Assembly (NCBI GenBank): GCA_964016885.1
Contig: OZ024748.1
Location: forward strand, 248,001 to 312,000
DNA from: Eledone cirrhosa
Lineage: Eukaryota
DNA: 64,000 nucleotides
Reading direction: 5' to 3'
The notes below the pieces were generated by a model. The model had not been told where the DNA came from and ran no database searches. It worked only from the letters and a program-made list of their open reading frames with translations. The translations under genes were made by a program, and so were the position numbers. Position 1 is the stretch's first letter. Every line of letters begins with the position of its first letter. Below are positions 37,453-53,156 of this stretch, piece by piece.

Positions 37453-39225
37453 TTGTTGAAGAAGAAACAGGGAGACAACAACTGGAATGTATACAAAACA
37501 ACTAAATCTCTTAAATAACTTCACTTATATCCAAAATATGATTTGTATATACATCAACAGTGACTCATTATTATACGCCAGTCACGACCCCACTGCAAAA
37601 ACGATATCTATATAACAACCCCACCGTAAAACTACTCTTCCCCACTTTACAAACACTTTATATTATTTGTCATTAAGGTTTCTTAAAATAAATATATATA
37701 CGTATGTGTAGTAATTAGTACGGAGACTGAGAGAGAAGGGGCGAGTGTGTCTTCATGGAGGGCACATGGGACCAGCAAAGCCCTAAAAGTAGAGACCAGT
37801 AAATGAGATAAGGTCCTAGCTATGTTAAGAATATAAATAAGAAACATGTTCTATACATTTAAGAAGACAAGAGAAACATGTTCTAAACATTTAAGAAATA
37901 ATTATTTACCTCTTTCATGTCGGTAATATAGCGGTGTTATAAAACTAATTATAACGACCGGTGTTAAAATAGAGAGAGATAGACAGATAAATGTGTGTCA
38001 CACTCTCACCCTCTCTTTAAATCTTTTACACTATCTTTACATCTTTTACTCTATCTCCCTCTTATTTCTATCTGTGTACATATATATGTGTATGTATGTA
38101 TCTGTCTATGTGTAACTCGGTGTACTGGAGCAATATGAGGTGAAGTGTCTTGCTCAAGAAGACATTTTGTGGAGTTATATCATCGTTTCTTGTTATAAAG
38201 CTACTTATACTACCGGCGTAACAGTGGCTATAGGTGATAGATGTAGAAATAAAAGGCTGTAACAGCGATATAAATATAGATGAAATAGTTTACCACGAGA
38301 CTAAGAATGAATGTTTAATGGAATTAAGTGTAATCTAATAGGAAATAAGAGGCTAGAGCAGCGAAATGTTTACGTAAAATAAAAGAACAACAAACAAGAG
38401 TGCAACATTGAAATTTTTGTTTTATTTTCTCGATATAAGCGTTATTTTATGCGCGATTTGCCTTGCTGCCGGCGTTGCTCAGTCAGTAGCAGCCCCGCTT
38501 ACGAAGTTCAGGAGCCAACGACTTTACATGGTTCGAATCTCACCCTCTCCGCTCTTGTCGAGTTATCTCCTACTCTTTTTACTTAGTTCCAGGTCATTTA
38601 AATAGAGCAAAGAGGGCGCGGCGATCGGCATATGCACTGGCTACAATGTTGAACTTTGGTACTGACTGCATAGTTGAACGTTCCACATACCAACCGCCCA
38701 ACTGGCCAGTCAACCGCAAATACGGCTGGCTGGCCGGTTGGGTAGTTGGCATATGTACTGACTGTCAAGTTGAACGTTCTAACCCTCTCTTTACATCTAT
38801 TGCTCTATCTACCGCTTATTTCTCTCCCTCTCTTTACTTCTATAACTCTATCTCCCACTCTCTTTACATCTATTACACAGTGTCTCCCTGTATATATACA
38901 CGTATATATGCACTAGATTTTATAAGAAATCTACGTAATAATATAATTAACAATAGTTGATGAATTAGACCAGAGTTAATTAAACAATAAATATGAATGA
39001 AATAGCAGTAGATGGCGAAACTTGAGTGTTGTGTGTGCATACATATATATGAGGTAAACTGGTTCAAATACTGTCAGGATTATATTGGATCAAAGACTGT
39101 ATTAAATAGAAAGTAAAAAATGAAGTGAAAATATAAAAACAAACTGAAAATTTCCCCATCCCTAGAAAAATTCATATCTTGTTATATATAGATAATTGGC
39201 GCTTTAAATTGAATAAATATTCATT

Positions 39226-39260
<35 letters not shown>

Positions 39261-39305
39261 GTACACTGATATATATGTGTGTATATATATATGTGTATAT
39301 ATATA

Positions 39306-39344
<39 letters not shown>

Positions 39345-39689
39345 ATATCAACTTCATCATACGTCCGCTTTTCCATGCTTGCAAGGGTGGGGTGGGAGCT
39401 GATTCTGGATTGGTTTCTACAGCTGGGTGCCCTTCCTGACGCCAACCCAGTTTGCAGTGAGTGCTGGGTGCTTTTTTTGTTTCCGTGGCACCTCCACGTC
39501 AGCTTTACAGAGCGGGCTGGGTGCTTTTTTGCCGTGGCGCCTCCACGACCACTTTACGGTGGGGTGGTGGGGTGGTATGTGTATACCCAGCCCATTGTCA
39601 TTTCCCACCCAGAAAAGTTCATAGCACCGTTCTTTACCCACGATGAATCTAGCAGACCCACCCCTCCACCTGGTCTCTTGAATACAACA

Positions 39690-40811
39690 GTGGTTTCACT
39701 AAAATAAAAATTAAATTAAATTAAATTAAATTAATTATATTAGATAAATAGACATTGGGGTTCTCACCAAAGATTTTCAGTTATTTCTAAGAGATGTAAA
39801 AGGAAAATTAAAAAAAGATTAATAGGACACATTAGACATGTCTCCAAGCAAGAATTGAACTTACAGACAAGGATCTCACCATCTCTGGTACTTCCCACTA
39901 AGCCACCAAGACTGCTACAAAGGTCTATTGAAAATTAATATTTATAAACCTACTTTCAAAATATAACTAATTTAATTAAAAATAAAATAAAATAAATAGA
40001 CATTGGCGTTCTCACAAAACTTTTTCAGTTCTTTTTTCTAAGAAATGTCAAAGGAATATATATATATATATATTTTATTTTTAATTTTATTTTGAAAGTA
40101 GGTTTATAAATATTAAATTTCAGTACATCTTTGTATCAGTCTCGGTAGCTTAGTGGGAAGTACCAGAGATGGTGAGATCCTGTTCTGGGTGTTCAATCCT
40201 GGTCTGAGGGTTGAATTGGGGACTCAGGTTCAATCCTGGTCCATGAGATACATGTAAGGTGTCATGTTAATCTTTTATAATTTTCTTTCTATATCTCTTT
40301 GAAAAAGAGAACCCCTATTTATTTAATTATATTGAATTTAATTTTTTATTTTAGTTAAATTGTCGAAAACACTGAAGATCTAAAGGTTGAGGAGACAATA
40401 TGTCTATTTTATCTGTCTCCTCTAACTTTAGATCACCAGTGGTTTTGACAATTTAACTAAAGTAAAATAAAATAAAATAAATTAAATTATATTAGATAAA
40501 TAGACATTGGGGTTCTCACCAAAGATTTTCAGTTTTTTCTGAGGAAAATTTAAAAAAAGATTAACAGGACACATTACAGCAATGATTGAACTCCCAGACC
40601 AGGATTGAACCTACAGACAAGGACCTCACCATCTCTGGTACTTCCCACTAAGCCGCCAAGACTGCTACAAAGGTCTGCTGATAATTAATATTTATAAACC
40701 TAATTTCAAAATAAAATTAATGTTATTAATTTTATTTAAAAATAAAATAAAATAAATAAACATTGGGGTTCTCACAAAACTTTTTCATTTTTTTTCTAAG
40801 AAATGTCAAAG

Positions 40812-40847
<36 letters not shown>

Positions 40848-43800
40848 TCATCATCATCATCATCGTTTAACGTCCATATTCCACGCTTGCATGGGTTTGG
40901 ACGGGAATTTTCCCACTTGAGGCAAGAGTGGTTGTCTTGCTCGCATAGGACTGTCTGGCGGGTTTTCTACAGCTGGATGCCCTTCCTAACACCAACCGCA
41001 TTTACAGTGTGGGACTGGGAGGTTTTTACCGTGTTACCTACACGGCCACATTACTGCGTGGACTGTGTTTTTTTTTTTTGTCGTGACACCTACACGACCT
41101 CATTTGTTTCGGCCTGGATGTTGTGGCACCAACATAACTTTACATTGAAAGGGGCGGTGTGGATGGGGTGGGGGTGTATTTTGTTAGAGGTGCCTACTGA
41201 CTGTAGTAGGTTTTACTTTGTATCTAGGTAAGGCGGGTCTTCTCTATTACTGAGTACCGCCAAAGATCTCGGTCCAGTGACATTGTCTTGGAGAGGTGTA
41301 AGTGTGTGAGGTCGGAATTTATCAAGTCGTCCCAGGTTTTTCTGGGTCTGCCTACTCCGTGGCTACCGTCTATCTTTATTGCCCTGCATTTTTTTTATAC
41401 AGCTGTCGTCTTTCATCCGCATCACGTGGACCATACCAACGTAGTCTTCTCTCGAGTACACAACATCTGATCCCTCTTATTTCTAATTTTTCCCTTAGTT
41501 CGTTTATGCTTTGCCGTTCACATATATTACTATTACACATCCAGCGAAGCATGCAAGCTTCGTTCCTCTCTAGTCTGCGTATATCCTCTGCACACAATGC
41601 CCAGGTCTCACTGCCATGCAACATTGCTGTTCATATGCAGGCATCATACAACCTGCCTTTCATTTTTAGGGAGAACCCTTTAGCGGCTAATAGTGGTATA
41701 AGCTCTCTGAACTTTTTCCATCCAGTTCTGACTCTAGCTACTGTACTTTCAGAGCACCCTCCCCCACTGCTGATTTTGTCACCCAGGTAACGGAAGCTGT
41801 CCACTATTTCTATAGAACCCTCTGCGCAATTGAAAGAGCTAGTATTTTGTGGGCACTTGCTGCTACTTATTGCACCAGAGCACCGGCCACATGTAAAATC
41901 TATGTTCTTAGTTAGCTTACCTGTGATCCCACTACATCTTTTATGAACCCATACTTTGCATTTGGGACATAAAATGGAGTTTCTACCTACGCCTTTCCTA
42001 CACACTGAGCATGGCCATTTCCCGGAAGGGACCGGCGCCTTATTTTCTTTCCTACAAACTAGAACTTTAGTCTTAGCCAGGTTAATTTTAAGGCCTTCTG
42101 ATTCTAGGCCTTGCTTCCATGTTTGGAATTTCTTCTCTAGCTCGGCCATTGATTCAGCTATGAGCGTTAGATCATCTGCGTATAGGAGTTCCCATGGGCA
42201 GCCGGTCTTGAACTCCACTGTTATAGCCTGAAGGGCAATAATAAATAGTAGGGGGCTAAGGACGGAGCCCTGATGAACACCAACTTTTACGCTAAACTCT
42301 TCACTATATTCGTTGTTAATTCTAACCTTGTTTCTTTATAGATGGCTCGTATAGCTCTCACAAGCCATTCCTCAACACCTAGTTTTCTAAGAGCCCACCA
42401 GATAATGGAACGGGGGACTCTGTCGAAGGCTTTCTCCAAGTCAACAAAAGCTAAGTATAGGGGTTTACTTTTAACTAGGTACTTCTCCTGTAGTTGTCGT
42501 ACAATGAAAAGAGCATCTGTGGTACTTTTACCTGACACAAACCCGAACTGCATTTCATCTAGATCAATTCTCTCTCTGATTAGTTGCGCTATTACTTTTT
42601 CCGTGACCTTCATGACCTGGTCGATTAATTTAATGCCTCTATAGTTACTCCTATCTAGGGCATCTCCTTTACCCTTGTAACAGTTAATGATGATGCTGCT
42701 ACGCCAGTCCTTCAGAACAACCCCATTCTGTATGACTTGGTTTACTATCCGGGTGACCATTACGTGTATACATCTGAAAATGTATATATGTATGCAAAGA
42801 TATAAGTAAACATACATGTATACATATAGATGGACAGTTATGCATATACAATAACTTATTTCTATACATACATATACCACAAGTAAGGCATGGTGCTGCC
42901 AACTAACCAGACCTCCCTCATAATGGACCAGCTAGATCCCAAAATACAGGCCTGCTTGCCAACACACAGTCCCAATAAGTGTAAGTTACAGCGCAGCTAT
43001 CTGGACAGACTTGTCTTAAGACTACACACTATCCCACTACATCTTTTGTATACTATATATATACTGTTTATATATATATATACTATATATATATATACTG
43101 TTTATATATATATATACTATATATATATATACTGTTTATATATATATACACACATATAATTGTGTATTCACACATTATCTTAGTAATGAAATAATTAATA
43201 ATTTTAGTAAATTGTTCAAAATTCTTCATTAACCCTTTTGGTAGAAACCCAGCCAAAATTAGTTCTCGTACTATGGAAATGGTTCCTATCTAAATTAAAG
43301 TCTTCCAACAAAATTCTATATAACAACCATATGGTAAGTTACTATGTTAGTAATTAACTAACAATTGTGATAAATAGCTCAAAATTATTCATAATTAATT
43401 GAATTATAAGGTTCATAATTATAATAAAATCTTCAAATAGGCTACGAAACCGGTAAACCTGAAAGGTACACAACACACACACATTGCTATAGCGTTTCAC
43501 CAGCCCCTTCCTTCCTGAATTATTACAGAGATGTGTGTGTATGTAATAATTATTTGTATAATGTGTGTCTATTTATGAATATGTATGAGTAAATGTGTGT
43601 GTGTGTATCACAGTAGATGTGTATGTAACACAGTAGATGTGTATATGTAACAGAGTAGATGTGTGTTTGCATGTAACTCAGTATATGTGTATGTAACTCA
43701 GTAGATGTGTGTGTGTAACACGGTAGATGTGTGTGTGTAACACGGTAGATGTGTGTGTGTAACACGGTAGATGTGTGTGTGTAACACGGTAGATGTGTGT

Positions 43801-44661
43801 ATGTAACAGTAGATGTGTATGTATGTAACACAGTAGATGTGTGTATGTAACACAGTACATGTGTGTGTATGTAACTCAGTAGATGTGTGTGTATGTAACT
43901 CAGTAGATGTGTGTATGTAACACAGTAGATTGTGTGTATGTAACATAGAAGATGTGTGTAACACAGTAGATGTGTGTGTATGTAACACAGTAGATCTGTG
44001 TGTATGTAACTCAGTAGATGTGTGTGTATGTAACACAGGTGTGTGTATGTAACACAGTAGATGTGTGTATGTAACATAGTAGATGTGTGTATGTAACACA
44101 GAAGATGTGTGTGTATGTAACACAGTAGATGTGTGTGTATGTAACTCAGTAGATGTGTGTGTATGTAACACAGTAGATGTGTGTGTAACACAGTAGATGT
44201 GTATGTAACGCAGTAGATGTGTGTGTATATAACCCAGTTGATGTGTGTGTATGTAACACAGTAGATGTGTGTATGTAACATAGTATATGTGTATGTAACT
44301 AAAGTGTAACGTACGTTACAAATGGACGACAAAATGATTTTAACTTGTTTTTTAACAATTGATGGTGGAAAAGATTTTAAATTGTCTTAACTCAGACCAT
44401 AAAGGGCCGCAACACATGGAGTCTGACACTCTTACCGGCTACATAGCCTGGGCGTCTATTTTACCGCGACCGGCTACATAGCATCTTCCTAAATCTTCCA
44501 ACATAATTTTATACAAGAACCACATGTTAAGTTACTAATAAAATAATTAATAAATAAAAACATTAGTAAGTCCTTCAAATGATATCTCAGTAATGAAATA
44601 ATTAATAATTGTTATAAATACCTCAAAATTCCTCATTAATTAAACCTCATTAATTAATTAA
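39690..44661. repeat. L module copy 3
   Basis: Same junctions and content as 14167-19169. Confidence 0.93.
40844..42760 (-). mobile_element. 5'-truncated RTE LINE (L copy 3), RT frameshifted
   Basis: ORFs 42287-42880 and 41631-42218; same 7-bp deletion as L copy 2. Confidence 0.93.
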
Positions 44662-45233
44662 GCCGCTGAAAAGTGCAACAGATGCCCTCTTCTTAGTGAG
44701 ACAACTACAAAAGAGGTTCTTAGAGAAAAATAAGCCACTATACTTAGCTTTGGACATAGAGAAGGCTTTTGATAGAGAACTCTTATAAATGACAACATAT
44801 ATATATGTGTGTGTATATATATGTTTTTTTTAAAACTATATATTTATTACTCCCTTAAGCAGAAGAAATATATTCCCAGATATCGAAGATTACCACAATA
44901 ACTAGGGAGCGGAAATCAATAGATGCTGGACATTGCTGCTGAGGGTAGGATGACCTGATGAGCTGGCTCCTGTGGTGGATACCTAAACATAGTAAGACCC
45001 TAGTGGGATGACTGAGGTTCACCTACATACATCAGATGTCTCTGGATCTCCAGCTGGAGATTAATGATCTCAGGAATGCCATGAAAAATCGTGACATCTA
45101 AAAAAGAAGAGTAGAATTGTTCTGGCCAATCCACCTGACCTAATAAACAATAATAATATTAATATATATTGATGAAAATTAATTATGGTGAAATATCTTA
45201 GAAATCATTCTCAGAGGTTTTGTATTGTAATCC

Positions 45234-47233
45234 ACACTTGCTCCTTGTGGCTTCTGATGCAGACATCATGTCCGCCATCAGGTCCTTCCCAGCTAGCAGC
45301 TGCGGAGATGTTGATGGTCTCTGACCAGGCCTCCTCAAGGAGTTGATATCTCCCCTCTCCGCTGAGGCCGGGCGCCGCCTTCTGAGTGCAATTGTGGCGC
45401 TCACCAATAGGCTCATCCATGGCGCCCTGGACTCTTATGCTCGAGGCCTCTTTTTTTCGGCCAGCCTCACCGCTCTCAGGAAGAAAGAGGATGGCATACG
45501 CCCCATTGCTGTGGGCAATGTCTTCCGGAGGCTGGCTGCCAAGGTAATCTGCAAGTCCGTAACACTCGGAACCGGCATCCAGGGCCTCCAGCCACCTCAT
45601 TGTCAAGTTTGACATGAGGAATGCCTTCAACTCTTTACGCTGGGATCATCTGCTCGAGGCCTGCCTCAGCCGAGCCCCCTCTGCCTACTTGTCATATGGA
45701 GCCCCAAGCATGCGCCATGCTGCTGATACGGTCATACCCTTGGCTACTGGGATCCAACAGGGCAACCCTTTGGGACCCCTCCTGTTCACCCTTGGTATTG
45801 ACCACATCGCCTGGAGTATAACAGCCCCTCTCAACGTTTGGTATCTGGATGATGCTACTTTGGGTGGGCCCGTACAGGCGGTCTGCCATGACCTTCAATC
45901 GGTGGTTCCTGCCCTGGCGGGAATCGACCTCCAGGTCAACTCAGCCAAGTCGGAGGTGGTGAATGTCAGCCTCGATGCTGCAAGCTTTGCAGTCTCCGTC
46001 TTGGACGTGCGGTCCATTCTCCGCCAGGTTCAGGTGACCCCCAAAGAGGATGCCCTCACCGATCCACCCGCCGGCCATCCGCTCCTCCATCAAGTCCAGA
46101 CTCTCACGAGCCGACTGGGCTTGATTGATGCCCACCCAGTTCTCTTTCTGCTGAGGAACTGCTACGCCATGCGAAGCTCCTCTATACACTCTGTGCTACA
46201 CCTAAACTTGTATCCGAGCAGCAGCCGATGAGATATGCAACTTTACCTGTCAGGTATGGCGGCCTTCGCCTCCAGTCCCCGATCTCACTAGCTTTGCCGG
46301 CATATCTTTCGTCGGTAACCTCGTACCACGTCCTCCTCAGCAGGGTTCTTCAAAACACAACAGAACCCTCTGTGTTCAGAGAACGCGTGGCCGCCTGTGA
46401 GACGTGGGACCGGCTGGGACTTAGCCCAGTAGACGTTCCTCCTCCTTCTCCCCCTGTTGACGTCAAGTCCCCCCCAACACACTTGGGATGCCATCCAGTG
46501 CAGCCTGGCCTCAGACAGGCTCACGCGCCAGCTCGACCAGCACCGCCTTGTTTGTTTTCGTGCAGCCTCCAAACCCCACAGTGGGGCCTGGCTCCATGCC
46601 CTGCCCTCCTTCTCCACTCGCACGCAGCTAGACAACAATAGCTTGCGCATCGGCGTTTCCCTGAGGCTCGGCCTCTCACCAATGTCGCTGCCGTTCCACC
46701 ATGGACTCTTTCGGCCTCCACCCGCTTTCCTGTCGCCACAGTGCCAGCCGCAATCCACGCCATGCTGCCCTCAACGAAGTCATTAAGCATGGCTTGGACG
46801 CTGCAGGCTTCCCTTCCCAGCTCGAGGGGACGGCAAAAGGCTAGATGGCATGACCATCTTCCCGTTCCGCGGTGGCAAACCCCTCGTCTGGGATGCCACT
46901 TGCACCGACACTTTCTGCAGCCGCAACCTGGTGCAGTCTGCGACTGGCCCAGGTTCTGCTGCACGTCAGGCTGAGGGGGCCAAACTCCTCACATATCGTT
47001 CACTCTCCGACAGGTTTGCGGTCGTACCCCTGGAAGTGGAGACTTCTGGTGTCCTCGGCCCCAGGGCTACCTCCTTACTCACCACCATAGGCGCTGAGCT
47101 GGCCAGTCGCAGGTGTGAGCCCCGCGAGTTGGAGTGGCTTTTCCAGCGCGTCTCCCTTGCCGTGCTCCGGGGAAACGCCTTCTCCATTCTGTCCGCCGGG
47201 GCTGTGGGTGGGTCCCATCGCGTACCGTTATGA
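45234..47233 (+). mobile_element. CRE-like LINE relic, copy 6, beta type
   Basis: Same motifs; private 1-bp deletion at ~46171. Confidence 0.88.
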
Positions 47234-49083
47234 ATGTATACAAAACAACTAAATCTCTTAAATAACTTCACTTATATCCAAAACATGATTTGTATACACA
47301 TCAACAGTGACTCATTATTATACGCCAGTCACGACCCCACTGCAAAAACGATATCTATATAACAACCCCACCGTAAAACTACTCTTCCCCACTTTACAAA
47401 CACTTTATATTATTTGTCATTAAGGTTTCTTAAAATAAATATATATACGTATGTGTAGTAATTAGTACGGGGGCTCAGAGAAGGGACTAGAGTGCCTTTA
47501 TGGAGGGCACATGGGACCAGCAAAGTCCTAAAAGTAGAGACCAGTAAATGAGATAAGGTCCTAGCTATGTTAAGAATATAAATAAGAAACATGTTCTATA
47601 CATTTAAGAAGACAAGAGAAACATGTTCTAAACATTTAAGAAATAATTATTTACCTCTTTCATGTCGGTAATATAGCGGTGTTATAAAACTAATTATAAC
47701 GACCGGTGTTAAAATAGAGAGAGATAGACAGATAAATGTGTGTCACACTCTCACCCTCTCTTTAAATCTTTTACACTATCTAACTCGTACTTCTCACACT
47801 CTCTTTAAATCTTTTACTCTATCTACCTCTCATTTCTATCTGTGTATGTATGTATGTATGTATGTATCTGTCTATGTGTAACTCGGTGTACTGGAGCAAT
47901 ATGAAGTGAAGTGTCTTGCTCAAGAAGACATTTTGTGGAGTTATATCATCGTTTCTTGTTATAAAGCTACTTATACTACCGGCGTAACAGTGGCTATAGG
48001 TGATAGATGTAGAAATAAAAGGCTGTAACAGCGATATAAATATAGATGAAATAGTTTACCACGAGACTAAGAATGAATGTTTAATGGAATTAAGTGTAAT
48101 CTAATAGGAAATAAGAAGCTAGAGCAGCAAAATGTTTACGTAAAATAAAAGAACAAACAAGAGTGCAACATTGAAATTTTTTTTTTTTTTTTGTCGATAT
48201 AAGCGTTATTTTATGCGCGATTTGCCTTGCTGCCGGCGCTGCTCAGTCAGTAGCAGCCCCGCTTACGAAGTTCAGGAGCCAACGACTTTACATGGTTCGA
48301 ATCTCACCCTCTCCGCTCTTGTCGAGTTATCTCCTACTCTTTTTACTTAGTTCCAGGTCATTAATATAGAGCAAAGAGGGCGCGGCGATCGGCATATGCA
48401 CTGGCTACAATGTTGAACTTTGGTACTGACTGCGTAGTTGAACGTTCCACATACCAACCGCCCAACTGGCCAGTCAACCGCATATGCGGCTGGCTGGCCG
48501 GTTGGGTAGTTGGCATATGTACTGGCTACCATGCTGAACATTGTACTGACTGTCAAGTTGAACGTTCTAACCCTCTCTTTACATCTATTACTCTATCTAC
48601 CGCTTATTTCTCCCCCTCTCTTTACTTCTATAACTCTATCTCCCACTCTCTTTACATCTATTACAGTGTCTCCCTGTATATATACACGTATATATGCACT
48701 AGATTTTATAAGAAATCTACGTAATAATATAATTAACAATAGTTGATGAATTAGACCAGAGTTAATTAAACAATAAATATGAATGAAATAGCAGTAGATG
48801 GCGAAACTTGAGTGTTGTGTGTGCATACATATATATGAGGTAAACTGGTTCAAATACTGTCAGGATTATATTGGATCAAAGACTGTATTAAATAGAAAGT
48901 AAAAAGTTTAGTGAAAATATAAAAACAAACTGAAAATTTCCCCATCCCTAGAAAAATTCATATCTTGTTATATATAGATAATTGGCGCTTTAAATTGAAT
49001 AAATATTCATTTATATATATATATATGTATATATATATGTACACTGATATATATGTGTGTATATATATATGTGTATATATATA

Positions 49084-49118
<35 letters not shown>

Positions 49119-50160
49119 ATATCAACTTCATCATACGTCCGCTTTTCCATGCTTGCAAGGGTGGGGTGGGAGCTGATTCTGGATTGGTTTCTACAGCTGG
49201 GTGCCCTTCCTGACGCCAACCCCGTTTGCAGTGAGTGCTGGGTGCTTTTTTTTTTCCGTGGCACCTCCACGTCAGCTTTACAGTGTGGGCTGGGTGCTTT
49301 TTTGCCGCGGCGCCTCCACGACCACTTTGCGGTGGGGTGGTGGGGTGGTATGTGTATACCCAGCCCATTGTCATTTGCCACACAGAAAAGCTTATAGCAT
49401 CGTTCTTTACCCACGATGAATCTAGCAGACCCACCCCTCCACCTGGTCTCTTGAATACAACAAACATCGACCTCCTTACGTTCAAGCATTTCTACAACCT
49501 CGTTAGAGCCACCCTATAAGGTGCCTACATTAATGGTACCAACTCTGAAGTTTTGGATTGCGTTTGGAGGTTGGGAGCGGTGGGGAGCGGGGATGGGGTT
49601 AGGGTTAGCCATCCGCGGCCGAAACAAAGAGGAGGAGCCCTTGCATTCTCGTCCATGAGGTGGATTTGTCTTTATGTATGTATATGTATATATGTATGTA
49701 TGTGTGTGTATGTATGTATATGTATATATGAGTGTATATGTGTATATGTATGTATATGTATGTGTATGTATGTGTATATATGTGTATATGTATGTGTTTG
49801 TATATATGTGTGTGTATGTATATATGTGTGTGTATGTATATATATATATATGTATGTATGTGTATATGTATGTATATGTATGTATGTGTATATGTATATA
49901 TGTGTGTATGTATGTATATATGTATGTATGTGTATATATGTATGTATGTATATGTATATATACGTGTGTATATGTATATATACTTATGTGTATATGCTTA
50001 TGTATGTGTATGTATGTATATTTATATTATGTATATATATATATCTATGTATGTATATGTATGTATATGTGTATGTATGTGTATGTATGTATGTGTATAT
50101 ATGTATGTATGTATATATATATGTATGTATATGTATGTATATGTATATGTATATGTATAT

Positions 50161-50509
50161 GGAGGCACATGGCTTAGTGGTTCGAGCATTGGCCTGGCAA
50201 TCGAAAGGTTGTGAGTTCAATTCTCAGACCGGGTGATGTGTTGTTTCCTTGAGCAAGACACTTTATTTCACATTGCTCCAGTTTACTCAGCTGTAGAAAT
50301 GAGATGATAGGGACTGGGGTCCATATCATTCCACTGCAAAGTGGTCGTGGAGGTGCCACGGCAAAAAAGCACTCAGCACTCACTGTAAATGAGGTTGGTG
50401 TTAGGAAGGGCATCCAGCTGTAGAAATCAAGCCAGAATCAGTTCCCGTCCCACCCTTGCAAGCAGGGAAAAAGCGGACTTAAAACGAAATGATGCTGATG
50501 ATGATGATG
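50161..50509 (+). mobile_element. tRNA-derived SINE with RTE tail (S linker copy 4)
   Basis: As 2942-3296, with a shorter (ATG)n. Confidence 0.85.
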
Positions 50510-51155
50510 TATGTATGTATGTGTATATGTATGTATGTATGTATGTATATGTATGTATGTGTATGAGATGCAGTTTGGTTTTGTGCCGCTGAAAAGTGCA
50601 ACAGATGCCCTCTTCTTAGTGAGACAACTACAAAAGAGGTTCTTAGAGAAAAATAAGCCACTATACTTAGCTTTGGACATAGAGAAGGCTTTGATAGAGA
50701 ACTCTTATAAACGACAACATATATATATGTGTGTGTATATATATGTTTTTTTTAAAACTATATATTTATTACTCCCTTAAGCAGAAGAAATATATTCCCA
50801 GATATCGAAGATTACCACAATAACTAGGGAGCGGAAATCAATAGATGCTGGACATTGCTGCTGAGGGTAGGATGACCTGATGAGCTGGCTCCTGTGGTGG
50901 ATACCTAAACATAGTAAGACCCTAGTGGGATGACTGAGGTTCACCTACATACATCAGATGTCTCTGGATCTCCAGCTGGAGATTAATGATCTCAGGAATG
51001 CCATGAAAAATCGTGACATCTAAAAAAGAAGAGTAGAATTGTTCTGGCCAATCCACCTGACCTAATAAACAATAATAATATTAATATATATTGATGAAAA
51101 TTAATTATGGTGAAATATCTTAGAAATCATTCTCAGAGGTTTTGTATTGTAATCC

Positions 51156-53156
51156 ACACTTGCTCCTTGTGGCTTCTGATGCAGACATCATGTCCGCCAT
51201 CAGGTCCTTCCCAGCTAGCAGCTGCGGAGATGTTGATGGTCTCTGACCAGGCCTCCTCAAGGAGTTGATATCTCCCCTCTCCGCTGAGGCCGGGCGCCGC
51301 CTTCTGAGTGCAATTGTGGCGCTCACCAATAGGCTCATCCATGGCGCCCTGGACTCTTATGCTCGAGGCCTCTTTTTTTCGGCCAGCCTCACCGCTCTCA
51401 GGAAGAAAGAGGATGGCATACGCCCCATTGCTGTGGGCAATGTCTTCCGGAGGCTGGCTGCCAAGGTAATCTGCAAGTCCGTAACACTCGGAACCGGCAT
51501 CCAGGGCCTCCAGCCACCTCATTGTCAAGTTTGACATGAGGAATGCCTTCAACTCTTTACGCTGGGATCATCTGCTCGAGGCCTGCCTCAGCCGAGCCCC
51601 CTCTGCCTACCTGTCGTATGGAGCCCCAAGCATGCGCCATGCTGCTGATACGGTCATACCCTTGGCTACTGGGATCCAACAGGGCAACCCATTGGGACCG
51701 CTCCTGTTCACCCTTGGTATTGACCACATCGCCTGGAGTATAACGGCCCCTCTCAACGTTTGGTATCTGGATGATGCTACTTTGGGTGGGCCCGTACAGG
51801 CGGTCTGCCATGACCTTCAATCGGTGGTTCCTGCCCTGGCGGGAATCGACCTCCAGGTCAACTCAGCCAAGTCGGAGGTGGTGAATGTCAGCCTCGATGC
51901 TGCAAGCTTTGCAGTCTCCGTCTTGGACGTGCGGTCCATTCTCCGCCAGGTTCAGGTGACCCCCAAAGAGGATGCCCTCACCGATCCACCCGCCGGCCAT
52001 CCGCTCCTCCATCAAGTCCAGACTCTCACGAGCCGACTGGGCTTGATTGATGCCCACCCAGTTCTCTTTCTGCTGAGGAACTGCTACGCCATGCCGAAGC
52101 TCCTCTATACACTCTGTGCTACACCTAAACTTGTATCCGAGCAGCAGCCGATGAGATATGCAACTTTACCTGTCAGGTATGGCGGCCTTCGCCTCCAGTC
52201 CCCGATCTCACTAGCTTTGCCGGCATATCTTTCGTCGGTAACCTCGTACCACGTCCTCCTCAGCAGGGTTCTTCAAAACACAACAGAACCCTCTGTGTTC
52301 AGAGAACGCGTGGCCGCCTGTGAGACGTGGGACCGGCTGGGACTTAGCCCAGTAGACGTTCCTCCTCCTTCTCCCCCTGTTGACGTCAAGTCCCCCCCAA
52401 CACACTTGGGATGCCATACAGTGCAGCCTGGCCTCAGACAGGCTCACGCGCCAGCTCGACCAGCACCGCCTTGTTTGTTTTCGTGCAGCCTCCAAACCCC
52501 ACAGTGGGGCCTGGCTCCATGCCCTGCCCTCCTTCTCCACTCGCACGCAGCTAGACAACAATAGCTTGCGCATCGGCGTTTCCCTGAGGCTCGGCCTCAC
52601 ACCAATGTCGCTGCCGTTCCACCATGGACTCTTTCGGCCTCCACCCGCTTTCCTGTCGCCACAGTGCCAGCCGCAATCCACGCCATGCTGCCCTCAACGA
52701 AGTCATTAAGCATGGCTTGGACGCTGCAGGCTTCCCTTCTCAGCTCGAGGGGACGGCAAAAGGCTAGATGGCATGACCATCTTCCCGTTCCGCGGTGGCA
52801 AACCCCTCGTCTGGGATGCCACTTGCACCGACACTTTCTGCAGCCGCAACCTGGTGCAGTCTGCGACTGGCCCAGGTTCTGCTGCACGTCAGGCTGAGGG
52901 GGCCAAACTCCTCACATATCGTTCACTCTCCGACAGGTTTGCGGTCGTACCCCTGGAAGTGGAGACTTCTGGTGTCCTCGGCCCCAGGGCTACCTCCTTA
53001 CTCACCACCATAGGCGCTGAGCTGGCCAGCCGCAGGTGTGAGCCCCGCGAGTTGGAGTGGCTTTTCCAGCGCGTCTCCCTTGCCGTGCTCCGGGGAAACG
53101 CCTTCTCCATTCTGTCCGCCGGGGCTGTGGGTGGGTCCCATCGCGTACCGTTATGA
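51156..53156 (+). mobile_element. CRE-like LINE relic, copy 7, beta type
   Basis: Same motifs; 342-aa ORF 51536-52564. Confidence 0.88.
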